NCBI GenBank assembly: GCA_965215005.1
Contig: CBDCCZ010000014.1
Location: forward strand, 96,001 to 160,000
From: Kofleriaceae bacterium
Lineage (GTDB): Bacteria; Myxococcota_A; Polyangia; Haliangiales; Haliangiaceae
Length of the DNA stretch: 64,000 bases
Reading direction: 5' to 3'
In this document: in pieces, positions 50,582 through 60,959 of the stretch
How positions within the stretch are numbered: position 1 is the stretch's first letter
Layout: each line of letters opens with the position of its first letter
Position numbers and translations under genes: made by a program
Notes under the pieces: model-generated
The model's database searches: none
Told to the model about the DNA's origin: nothing
What the model saw: the letters and a program-made list of their open reading frames with translations, nothing else

Positions 50582-51384
50582 GCGAGCGACAAACTCTCGA
50601 AAGCCGCCTCTCGGGCTCGACCCTTACCGGCGCCGACGACCTCACCGACTTCCAAGCGGTCGCCGTGATGCCCGAGCTTCGCGTCGTCAAGCTCGGCGGC
50701 CAAAGCATCATGGATCGCGGCCGCGCCGCAGTGTTTCCGATTCTCGAGGAGATTGTCGCGGCACGCAAAGAAGGCATCCCGATCCTCATCCTTACCGGCG
50801 GCGGTACCCGCGCTCGTCACGTTTACGCCATTGCGAGCGATCTCGAGATGCCCACCGGCGTCATCGCCTCGATCGGCGGCTACATCCCGATGCAAAACGC
50901 CCGCATGATTCAGATGCTGCTCGCCAAACACGGCGGCGTCTACATCATGCAAGACGACTTCGAAAAGCTGCCGCTCTACATTCAGATGGGATGCATCCCC
51001 ATCATGACCGGCATGCCGCCGTTCGGGTATTGGGAGAAACGCGGCGAGGATGGCCGTATTCCCGCCAATCGAACCGATGCCGGCGTGTTCTTATCCGCGG
51101 AGTTTCTCGGTTGCCGACGCGCGATCTTCATCAAAGACGAAGCCGGCCTCTACACCGACGACCCGAAGAAGAATCCCAAAGCCGAACACATTCCGCGCAT
51201 CAGCGCTACCGAGCTCATCGAGCGCAACCTCGATGACTTGATCGTCGAGCGCGTCGTCGTTGAATACATGACGCGCGCGCGCTGGGTTCGGGAGCTCCAA
51301 ATCGTCAACGGCCTCGAGCCAGGTCAGGTCACCAAAGCCCTCCGCGGCGAAGACTGCGGCACGATCATCTACCACGAGGGATGA
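50578..51384 (+). CDS. Molybdenum storage protein-like subunit 2 (MosB-like)
   Basis: KLGGQSIMDRGRAAVFPILEEIVAARK, TGGGTRARHVY, GMPPF, IPANRTDAG, KDEAGLYTDDPK, IPRIS; GTGA overlap. Confidence 0.82.
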   Translation: MSERQTLESRLSGSTLTGADDLTDFQAVAVMPELRVVKLGGQSIMDRGRAAVFPILEEIVAARKEGIPILILTGGGTRARHVYAIASDLEMPTGVIASIGGYIPMQNARMIQMLLAKHGGVYIMQDDFEKLPLYIQMGCIPIMTGMPPFGYWEKRGEDGRIPANRTDAGVFLSAEFLGCRRAIFIKDEAGLYTDDPKKNPKAEHIPRISATELIERNLDDLIVERVVVEYMTRARWVRELQIVNGLEPGQVTKALRGEDCGTIIYHEG

Positions 51385-51387
51385 TCG

Positions 51388-51467
51388 CCGTTAGGAATGG
51401 TCACCGTTAGGAATGGTCACCGTTAGGAATGGTCACCGTTAGGAATGGTCACCGTTAAGAATGGTCA
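51388..51467 (+). repeat. 16-bp tandem repeat (CCGTTAGGAATGGTCA)x5
   Basis: Four perfect copies plus one with a G>A change, starting 3 nt after the stop codon. Confidence 0.95.
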
Positions 51468-51612
51468 GTAGAGCCCTGGAGCGACGCGCCATGACGCCGT
51501 CGCTCTAGCTCCCCCTCGATCCCGCACAACGTAGCCTCTGTGATGGGGCCGAAGCCCGCGTCGACGTCTGCGCGTGCAACAAGCCCCCGCTGCCCCTTCG
51601 GCCGCCGAAAGT

Positions 51613-51640
51613 ACAACGGCTCTCCGCGGAGAGCCGTTGT
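51613..51640. repeat. Perfect palindrome in a structured intergenic region between convergent genes (REP-like or terminator)
   Basis: ACAACGGCTCTCCGCGGAGAGCCGTTGT. Confidence 0.6.
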
Positions 51641-51665
51641 CGCGAGCGTAGCGGGGACGAGGAGC

Positions 51666-52259
51666 TCAGCTGCCCTTGCCTTCACCCCCGTGGCCGCCCA
51701 TGCCGCCACCCGTGCCCGAACCATGCCCTTCATGCCCCGGCTTGACCTTCAACGCCGCCAGTCGCTTCTCCGCTTCGGCCCGCAGCGCATCCGCCCCCAG
51801 CTCCGGCGCCGTAACAGTCACCTTCACGCCTCCATCTACCTCTTCGACCGTCAAGTCCGTGTTGGCCATGACCACAGGACACTGCCCCAGCGTACCGCCG
51901 CCGGTGCCCTTCCCCGTGTGCTCAATCGCCGCCGACTCCACGTCATCGAGCGACGCCAGCGTCTGCGCGCGCTTGCGGATATCGGCAATCGCCGCCTCGT
52001 CCTGCGCCGTGATCGAAACCGCGATCCCGCTATCGACCACCGCGATGCCCGTCTCCGCGCCCTGCACCGCGTTGGGGCAGTTGGCCATGTTGTTGATCAT
52101 ATCCGGCTGCTCGACCACCGGCTCCGCCCCCATCGGCTCCTCCGCCACCGGCACCTCGACCGCAGCAACATCCGGCTCCACCGGCGCCGCCTCCTCCTTC
52201 TTACAAGCTCCGGCCAGCGCGAGCGCAGCCACCATCACATACGGAACGATTGCACGCAT
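51666..52259 (-). CDS. Lipoprotein with duplicated Cys-Pro domain and His/Gly-rich segments
   Basis: GGAGGAG RBS, lipobox AGAC; NCPNAV...GIAVSITA and QCPVVM...GVKVTVTA repeats; GHEGHG...GHGG tail. Confidence 0.75.
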   Translation of the reverse strand: MRAIVPYVMVAALALAGACKKEEAAPVEPDVAAVEVPVAEEPMGAEPVVEQPDMINNMANCPNAVQGAETGIAVVDSGIAVSITAQDEAAIADIRKRAQTLASLDDVESAAIEHTGKGTGGGTLGQCPVVMANTDLTVEEVDGGVKVTVTAPELGADALRAEAEKRLAALKVKPGHEGHGSGTGGGMGGHGGEGKGS

Positions 52260-52512
52260 TAATTCTCCTCCACGACGTTGTAGAAATCCCCGATGAGCGC
52301 CTGAAGTTACCAGCCTTTCCATCGCCCGCGCCACTCCGCGACCGCATCCGATCCGACCGCACCTCCCCCTTCCCCAGCCGGCAATCCAGCCCGCCTTTCC
52401 CCCTCCCCTTCCTCCCTCCGCCCGGCAAACTTCCGCCCGCCGCAAATCCCCCCGACCACCCTCTTGACGCCAAAGCCCCAAGAAGGTAACCAAGCAACCC
52501 GTTTCCCGGTGC

Positions 52513-52586
52513 TCGGGGATCGTCTAATGGTAGGACGGCAGACTCTGGATCTGTCTATCTAGGTTCGAATCCTAGTCCCCGAACCA
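52513..52586 (+). tRNA. tRNA-Gln (CTG)
   Basis: Cloverleaf TCGGGGA...TCCCCGA-ACCA, anticodon arm GCAGA-CTCTGGA-TCTGT, T-loop GGTTCGAATCC. Confidence 0.96.
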
Positions 52587-52650
52587 AAATCCCCTTGACC
52601 AGGAAGGGGACTTCGCCTTAAAGAGCTTTGCACGCCTCAGCAGCCCTCCA

Positions 52651-52703
<53 letters not shown>

Positions 52704-52722
<19 letters not shown>

Positions 52723-52990
52723 CTACGCCAATTGGAAACGGCAGCTCCGGCTGCCGTTTCTGAATTTTCGGGCGGATATCCGCCGACGTAGGCGGCGCCA
52801 TCCAGCTCCCAGACGGTGCGCCCGCCCGCGCTTCTTCGGCGTGAAGACGATGCCCTCCGTGAACAGCGTGAGGTACAGCTCGCGCAGCGCGTCGAGATCG
52901 TCGGCCAGAGCGCAGCCGACCATATGCCAGGCACGGCGCTCGACCTCGGCCACCCGGGCGCCCGTCTCGTCCGGCGAGCGGGTCGCCGCG
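52704..52990 (-). pseudogene. Probable C-terminal relic of a site-specific (serine) recombinase ending inside tRNA-Glu
   Basis: DDLDALRELYLTLFTEGIVFTP, then after a frameshift VWELDG...SDPTGT* with the stop in the antisense tRNA T-arm. Confidence 0.4.
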
Positions 52991-53009
52991 ACCAGTCGGC
53001 GATGGCCGA

Positions 53010-53538
53010 CGTGCATGTCGTCTCGGCTGGCTCCTTACGCGACCCGCTTAAACGCAGTCGTCGCTTCATCTACTTCGGGCTCGGCCAAGAAAAGCTTCAT
53101 CTTGAGCACCTCGAGTCGCAGGGAATCGACAACGAGACCACGAGGAGCCAGAGAGCGTGGATCGACGCACAGCGGTACACATTCGTCACGGACGTGAACG
53201 TCGGCGCCTGGTCCGAAACGTCCGTCCGAAAGATGGCAAAGGAAGCCGACCTCCTCGACTTCTACCGCTTCCGGTATCACCCGCTGAGCGCGGCAGCCCA
53301 CAGCATGTGGAACCACGTCGCCACGTTCAATCTGCGGCCGTGCACCAATCCGCTCCATCGGTATCATCACGTCCCGGAGATTCCCGACCTACCGCCCGAC
53401 ATCGGCCTGTGGGACATGACCGCGGGATTACTGCGCGAGACCTTCGCACTCTTCGACGCGGCGTTCGCCATCTCAGTTGCCCTGACATCGTCCGTAGAAT
53501 TGCTCGACGAGGCACTCGCCGACTATGCTGCAAGCTGA
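53010..53538 (+). pseudogene. 5'-truncated DUF5677-like (HEPN-like) gene
   Basis: GLGQEKL...SVRKMAKEADLLDFYRFRYHPLSAAAHSMW...CTNPLH; no credible start, abuts the recombinase relic. Confidence 0.5.
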
Positions 53539-53541
53539 GAC

Positions 53542-54192
53542 ATGATGAAGCCTTCCACGCGAACACTCAACAGCCTGCCAAGGCCGGAGGTACTGGAACG
53601 TCTCTCGATGTCGCTGGCGACTCTTGACGCGATCCTCAGCCCAGAGTGGCAAGACCGATACTACTCGTTCAACAAGACTTGGGACCCAACCAAGCACCAC
53701 CGGATGGCGTCGATGCGCAACGGTTGTGGCGACGAGTACTTCATCCTCTTTACAGAGGCTGGCGCGGCCATCAAGGGTTACGCACACGAGTGCCCTATGG
53801 CGCGGCCGGGCGCCCCACCGGAAGGCGTCTTCGATGACTTCCCCCAAGCAATCACCGAATTTCTCGCCGAGCCGGCGTTCTCGATCGAGAACACGACGTT
53901 CTGCCTTTGGTGTCTGGTCGGTGGGGCGTGGACGGCAGGGTCCGCGCGATTCCCTGGACATGACGATCCAGACGGTTCCGAGTTCCTGCTTGAACTGCTG
54001 ACCGCCGATCCTCGCGACTATCAAAAGTACGCGAGGGACTATTTCGAGGTAGACGTGTCGCTGATCGCCATTGAAACCATCTACTCGCACCTGCCATTGA
54101 CGCAGGAACTGGTTCAGCGCGTGAATCCCAAGGCGAAGCTCCCGAGCCTGCTCGACGACTTCGCCGAGATCGGCTACCCGGTCGCCATCTGA
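53542..54192 (+). CDS. Conserved-looking hypothetical protein
   Basis: 216-aa ORF: LDAILSPEWQDRYYSF...MRNGCGDEYF...KGYAHE...DPDGSEFLL. Confidence 0.75.
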   Translation: MMKPSTRTLNSLPRPEVLERLSMSLATLDAILSPEWQDRYYSFNKTWDPTKHHRMASMRNGCGDEYFILFTEAGAAIKGYAHECPMARPGAPPEGVFDDFPQAITEFLAEPAFSIENTTFCLWCLVGGAWTAGSARFPGHDDPDGSEFLLELLTADPRDYQKYARDYFEVDVSLIAIETIYSHLPLTQELVQRVNPKAKLPSLLDDFAEIGYPVAI

Positions 54193-54278
54193 GCGATGCG
54201 CCGGGCCGGCGGACGCCTTCTGAATGCCGTCGACCGGGCAATCCTGCCGGCTAAACCAAACGGGAGAGACCGTAGTCG

Positions 54279-54473
54279 CTACTGCGCGTCGGTCGCGTGG
54301 CGCGGTCGAGGCTGGTTGTTGCCGTTCGGCGGACGGTAGCGCTCGGCCAGCTCGCCGTTGTCATCGAGGATCCCGGCACGCTTGAGCAGCTCCTCGCGCT
54401 CGGCCTGGCTCATCGCGTCGAAGCGCTTGAGGGCTCGCTCGTGAAGATCGTCTGCGGTGAGATGGCGTTCCAT
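54279..54473 (-). CDS. Small hypothetical protein (antitoxin-like)
   Basis: 64 aa, ELLKRAGILDDNGELAERY, directly downstream of the truncated gene. Confidence 0.55.
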   Translation of the reverse strand: MERHLTADDLHERALKRFDAMSQAEREELLKRAGILDDNGELAERYRPPNGNNQPRPRHATDAQ

Positions 54474-54481
54474 GACCGTAC

Positions 54482-54679
54482 TTAATCCCCAGTATAGCTG
54501 GCCGCGGGCCGGAAGTAACCCAGGATGCAGCTGGGGTCCCTAACGGCGATCTGGACGTGGGTTTTCGCGTGAATGCGGGCGCCCTCGTAGACGGGATCGC
54601 CCTCGACGAACGCGCCGCGCACGGTCTGAAAGTAGCTCGTCCTCCTCTTGTCGCGCTCCGCGTCCTTCACCAGGTACTT
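54482..54679 (-). pseudogene. C-terminal fragment of a gene cut off at the CRISPR trailer repeat
   Basis: FQTVRGAFVEGDPVYEGARIHAKTHVQIAVRDPSCILGYFRP; upstream reading frame consists only of repeats and spacers. Confidence 0.6.
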
Positions 54680-57600
54680 GTTCTCAACGCCTTTCGGCAT
54701 CACGGCGAGTACGACATGCAGCGTCACAGTGATATTCGACGCGGTAGGTTCGTGCTCAACGCCTTTCGGCATCCCGGCGAGTACGACACGGCTCTGGCTG
54801 GCAGTGAGCAAAGGGCATTGGCTGTGCTCAACGCGTTTCGGCATCACGGCGAGTACGACAGTGGGGCTACGACGGGGCAATGTCCGGATTTCTGGCGTGC
54901 TCAACGCCTTTCGGCATCACGGCGAGTACGACCATCTATCGGCTGGCTGAGTCTGGCTATCCGACGGTGCTCAACGCCTTTCGGCATCACGGCGAGTACG
55001 ACGTCGGGTAACCCGCACGGGCCTGCGACGCCCGCCTAGTGCTCAACGCCTTTCGGCATCACGGCAAGTACGACTTGAGAAGATCACCGAAGCGCGCATC
55101 CGCGGGCAGCTCGAGGGGGTGCTCAACGCCTTTCGGCATCACGGCGAGTACGACCTCCCTTGCCCGCACCGAAGCCCGCATTGGCTTTGTGCTCAACGCC
55201 TTTCGGCATCACGGCGAGTACGACGTAGCCGCAGCGGCGCCACTCGGCGACGATCGCGATGTGCTCAACGCCTTTCGGCATCACGGCGAGTACGACCCGA
55301 CCACCGCAAATGGAGCTCGCCGAGATTCGGGTGCTCAACGCCTTTCGGCATCACGGCGAGTACGACTTGTCGACGACGAGCGGCTGGCCCGCACCGCCGA
55401 GTGCTCAACGCCTTTCGGCATCACGGCGAGTACGACTCCAGGTAGCTTTGCCCGCTAGGGTCGAGGCCTATGATGGTGCTCAACGCCTTTCGGTATCACG
55501 GCGAGTACGACTTTCTTCGTCGTCGTCGTACTGGCATTTGTCCCTCTCAGTGCTCAACGCCTTTCGGCATCACGGCGAGTACGACCCGTAAAGAGTCGCC
55601 CCCCGCCGTTTCCGACCGTGTGCTCAACGCCTTTCGGCATCACGGCGAGTACGACTTGCCGACCTCGGCTCGGCGCGAAAATCCAGCCTCGTGCTCAACG
55701 CCTTTCGGCATCACGGCGAGTACGACGCGCTCTCGCGCTACGAGGTCGACAGACGCGTGAAGGTGCTCAACGCCTTTCGGCATCACGGCGAGTACGACCC
55801 GTAAAGAGTCGCCCCCCGCCGTTTCCGACCGTGTGCTCAACGCCTTTCGGCATCACGGCGAGTACGACTTGCCGACCTCGGCTCGGCGCGAAAATCCAGC
55901 CTCGTGCTCAACGCCTTTCGGCATCACGGCGAGTACGACGCGCTCTCGCGCTACGAGGTCGACAGACGCGTGAAGGTGCTCAACGCCTTTCGGCATCACG
56001 GCGAGTACGACTCACACCGTACTTCACACCGTCGCCAAGCTACACGAGTGCTCAACGCCTTTCGGCATCACGGCGAGTACGACACTTAGACCCGCAGGGC
56101 TCATCGCTGGACTGGTATGTGCTCAACGCCTTTCGGCATCACGGCGAGTACGACTGCCGCGACGGGGCGCGGGCCGCGGTGCCCAGCACATACAGTGCTC
56201 AACGCCTTTCGGCATCACGGCGAGTACGACCACCCAGACCTACTCACATCACGAGGGAGGATCTGATGTGCTCAACGCCTTTCGGCATCACGGCGAGTAC
56301 GACCCGGCGTCTTCGACCGTAATCGTCGCCTGTGCGCGGTGCTCAACGCCTTTCGGCATCACGGCGAGTACGACAATTTCCCCCTGCCGCTTGTCGCGAC
56401 CCCCCTCTAGTGCTCAACGCCTTTCGGCATCACGGCGAGTACGACTTCCGACCCACTCTCCGGATTCTCGATAAATCTGGCGTGCTCAACGCCTTTCGGC
56501 ATCACGGCGAGTACGACGCCGTCGCTCGGTCGCGTGACCGAGACGCGGTACACCGTGCTCAACGCCTTTCGGCATCACGGCGAGTACGACGCTCGAAACG
56601 ACGGCGATCCTCGTCGTCTCGATCGGTGTGCTCAACGCCTTTCGGCATCACGGCGAGTACGACATTGCGCGACCTGCTGCGCGAGCGTAGACACCTCCTG
56701 TGCTCAACGCCTTTCGGCATCACGGCGAGTACGACCGTCAAGTACTGAACCGGGCGACGGGTATTGTGGGCTCGTGCTCAACGCCTTTCGGCATCACGGC
56801 GAGTACGAACATGAACCCGGTTCGCCATCTGAGATCAACCGTACGCGTGCTCAACGCCTTTCGGCATCACGGCGAGTACGACTGGAGACCGCTGCCCACC
56901 ACTCGCCGGCGTCCCCGTGTGCTCAACGCCTTTCGGCATCACGGCGAGTACGACCTGTCTCGCAGATCGCGAGCTCCCAGTGTCTATCCGTGCTCAACGC
57001 CTTTCGGCATCACGGCGAGTACGACCAGACTTCGTGACGCAGCTCTTCCGGCCTCAATAGTGCTCAACGCCTTTCGGCATCACGGCGAGTACGACGTCTT
57101 GCAGAGCCGCCGCAGCGCCGTCTTGCGATAGTGCTCAACGCCTTTCGGCATCACGGCGAGTACGACGGCTCTACGGCGAAGCCGACGACTTTGACGAACT
57201 CGTCGTGCTCAACGCCTTTCGGCATCACGGCGAGTACGACCCCTGCATTGTGTTTGACATAACGGTCTCTTCGACGTGCTCAACGCCATTCGGCATCACG
57301 GCGAGTACGACGACGTCATGCTCGCGCCCTGGATCGTCAATGCCGGTGTGCTCAACGCCTTTCGGCATCACGGCGAGTACGACGGGAGCCGGCGCTCGTA
57401 GAGCCCGCGTAGCTGGTCGTGTGCTCAACGCCTTTCGGCATCACGGCGAGTACGACGTGTACGGAATCGTGATCAGAATTTCAGCCCCGCGTGCTCAACG
57501 CCTTTCGGCATCACGGCGAGTACGACCGTAAGTGCGACCGCACCGATCAGGATTCCCGCGGCGTGCTCAACGCCTTTCGGCATCACGGCGAGTACGACTC

Positions 57601-60407
57601 ATCAAGCACAGCCAACGTGGCATCGCTCGCCCAGTGCTCAACGCCTTTCGGCATCACGGCGAGTACGACTAGTAGCGATTTCCGCTTGCGTCGTGCGCAC
57701 GACTTGCGGTGCTCAACGCCTTTCGGCATCACGGCGAGTACGACCGCTCGCCCGCCCGACTGGCAAAGCAAGCTGAAGTTGTGCTCAACGCCTTTCGGCA
57801 TCACGGCGAGCACGACGCGACCCGGACAACTGGCGGGGCGTTCTCAAGTAGTGCTCAACGCCTTTCGGCATCACGGCGAGTACGACCTTTTTTTTCCCAC
57901 TCCATGCCTTTGCCTTAGAAGTGCTCAACGCCTTTCGGCATCACGGCGAGTACGACTTGTGGCCGGCGCGATGGAAGACGCGAATCTCGACGTGCTCAAC
58001 GCCTTTCGGCATCACGGCGAGTACGACCATTTACGGCAGCCTCGATGCGGCCGATTTCGGCGAGGTGCTCAACGCCTTTCGGCATCACGGCGAGTACGAC
58101 CGTTTCCGCCGGCCGATCCAGTGGATCCCGCAGGTGCTCAACGCCTTTCGGCATCACGGCGAGTACGACGCTGTCTCGCAGATTGCGGACTCCCGGCGTC
58201 TATCCGTGCTCAACGCCTTTCGGCATCACGGCGAGTACGACACGTCGGCGCCTCCGCGCAGCATCCGGTCATCGTCGGTGCTCAACGCCTTTCGGCATCA
58301 CGGCGAGTACGACCGGCTCGCGGCGTCTGGTGCTTCGTCCAAGATCCGGACGTGCTCAACGCCTTTCGGCATCACGGCGAGTACGACCGGGTCAGCGGTG
58401 GGCGTCGACGCAGACACCACGTCGCGTGCTCAACGCCTTTCGGCATCACGGCGAGTACGACCAAGTCCGCTGGAATTGCCCTCGTCGATCCCACTGGTGC
58501 TCAACGCCTTTCGGCATCACGGCGAGTACGACACGTCGGCGCCTCCGCGCAGCATCCGGTCATCGTCGGTGCTCAACGCCTTTCGGCATCACGGCGAGTA
58601 CGACCGGCTCGCGGCGTCTGGTGCTTCGTCCAAGATCCGGACGTGCTCAACGCCTTTCGGCATCACGGCGAGTACGACCGGGGTCAGCGGTGGGCGTCGA
58701 CGCAGACACCACGTCGCGTGCTCAACGCCTTTCGGCATCACGGCGAGTACGACCAAGTCCGCTGGAATTGCCCTCGTCGATCCCACTGGTGCTCAACGCC
58801 TTTCGGCATCACGGCGAGTACGACGCTCTAGTTCTAGCGGCAGCGCATCGGGTGTTTGACGTGCTCAACGCCTTTCGGCATCACGGCGAGTACGACCTTT
58901 CAAGGGGACGGTTAGCTTAAGGCCAGGGTTGGTGTGCTCAACGCCTTTCGGCATCACGGCGAGTACGACGGGCGAATCACCACGGCCTCGGAGCGCGTAG
59001 TGCGTGCTCAACGCCTTTCGGCATCACGGCGAGTACGACACTTGAGCGTAGTAGGAGAGCGTAATGCCGAATTATGGTGCTCAACGCCTTTCGGCATCAC
59101 GGCGAGTACGACAATGGCCTTCTCAAAGGCGTGCGTGCAGCGTCCACAGTGCTCAACGCCTTTCGGCATCACGGCGAGTACGACTAGCGATACGCCTTGG
59201 GTGCGATGGCCAGAAACCCGCGGTGCTCAACGCCTTTCGGCATCACGGCGAGTACGACGGTTCGTAAGCTCTCTACCGTCGTGCGGAATTCGTGCTCAAC
59301 GCCTTTCGGCATCACGGCGAGTGCGACCCACTCGCCCGAATCGCGATAGATCTGTCCGTTGGTGCTCAACGCCTTTCGGCATCACGGCGAGTACGACGGG
59401 GGAGAGATGAGAATGTACCGGACTCGGCGTGCGCGTGCTCAACGCCTTTCGGCATCACGGCGAGTACGACCGGGTCTTGCACCCCGGCGGCGCCGGGGGA
59501 CGATCAGTGCTCAACGCCTTTCGGCATCACGGCGAGTACGACGTGAAAGTCTCCCCCCAAGTCGCGCGCTCCCCAAGTGCTCAACGCCTTTCGGCATCAC
59601 GGCGAGTACGACCGCGACGCTCAGTCCCGGCGGCGAGCTCCTGATCCGTGCTCAACGCCTTTCGGCATCACGGCGAGTACGACCGTGCGGACCAGACTTT
59701 GCCGGGACCGATCGCAAGGTGCTCAACGCCTTTCGGCATCACGGCGAGTACGACTATCCCGTATAATGCAGGCGACGCATCGCTGTTGAAGTGCTCAACG
59801 CCTTTCGGCATCACGGCGAGTACGACCATAGACGCCTCGTCGCAGGCGGGTCTCGGCGAAGAGTGCTCAACGCCTTTCGGCATCACGGCGAGTACGACGG
59901 CGGCGCGGCGTCGAGCTTGGCGATCCTCGGTTTGTGCTCAACGCCTTTCGGCATCACGGCGAGTACGACCTTACGGAAGTGAAGCAGACACCACTAAGGT
60001 CCTATTGTGCTCAACGCCTTTCGGCATCACGGCGAGTACGACCGTGCAGGAGGCCGAAATCCTGGCAGAGGACCTCGACGTGCTCAACGCCTTTCGGCAT
60101 CACGGCGAGTACGACGCCCGCGCGAGCGCGGATATCGACGACGGACTGATCGCGTGCTCAACGCCTTTCGGCATCACGGCGAGTACGACGACTCCACGTG
60201 CCGAAAAATCGGCGAGGTGGGACTGGTGCTCAACGCCTTTCGGCATCACGGCGAGTACGACTCCCGACCCACTCTCCGGATTCTCGATAGATCTGCGGTG
60301 CTCAACGCCTTTCGGCATCACGGCGAGTACGACGCCGCTTACACGATGACCTGGGGCGACTCTGTGATCCCGTGCTCAACGCCTTTCGGCATCACGGCGA
60401 GTACGAC
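54680..60407 (-). CRISPR. CRISPR array, about 80 repeats of 36 bp (+ strand GTGCTCAACGCCTTTCGGCATCACGGCGAGTACGAC)
   Basis: Manual count of 80 repeats with spacers mostly 33-39 bp. Degenerate repeats cluster at the low-coordinate end and the leader lies next to cas2, so it is transcribed on the minus strand. Confidence 0.98.
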
Positions 60408-60657
60408 CCTGTCTCCGCAAACAGCTGAAATAAAGAGCAAATCTCTGCCAATTTGCAAGCATAGGCTGGAGGTTGGCATCCTTCGCTGGCGAAGCCTCCA
60501 CGGCGATGCAAAAAGCTCTGCGTTTTCGACTGTTTCGGCTGGCTCATGGATCTCGCATCTCTTCGAACGCAGCTAAGTTGGCAATATAACACTATTCTTC
60601 TGTCAAAGAGCATGCCCAACGAGAATACGGTCGAAGGTGCGTGATCGGTGCGCTGTC
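60408..60657 (-). promoter_or_regulatory. CRISPR leader
   Basis: AT-richer non-coding stretch between cas2 and the first intact repeat. Confidence 0.75.
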
Positions 60658-60955
60658 TCAGATGATCTTGAACGGTGGCGGGTCGAGGTCGAAGGGGACA
60701 CGTTCTTTCCCGCGAACGGTTACGCGACCAGCACATTCGCCGCAGAGGCGCGCAATCAAAAGGGCGATCGTCCGGCTCGATGATTTTGGCGAGCTCAAAG
60801 CGCATGCGCTCGAGCTCGCGCGTCGTGCATCGCACGCGGAAGACCGAGTATTGAACCGGCTTTCCCCACGCCCATAATGTCTTATAGACTCGTCGCAGAA
60901 CTTTCTGGTCAGATACGTCGTACATGACCAGGTGCCAGTAGCGAGGTTCGGGCAT
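60658..60955 (-). CDS. cas2: CRISPR-associated Cas2 (+1 frameshift near 60763)
   Basis: HLVMYDVSD...WGKPVQYSVF...EPDDR, then LLIARLCGEC in the next frame. Confidence 0.9.
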
Positions 60956-60959
60956 GGCG

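Noticed and set aside
49742..51384. Uridylate kinase pyrH duplicates
   Set aside because: The motifs fit MoSto subunits better, there are two paralogs, and the rpsB-tsf-pyrH-frr context is absent.
51388..51467. Mini CRISPR array
   Set aside because: The units are contiguous with no spacers and are unrelated to the CRISPR repeat.
54680..60407. Self-targeting spacers against genes in this window
   Set aside because: No match was noticed by eye; an exhaustive alignment could not be run.
54557..60576. Many ORFs with repeated VLNAFRHHGEYD / CSTPFGITASTT peptides
   Set aside because: These are translations of CRISPR repeats, not repeat proteins.
60578..60606. Sigma70 promoter TTGACA...TATATT in the CRISPR leader
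   Set aside because: The spacing is only 12 nt, so it cannot be called as a canonical promoter.
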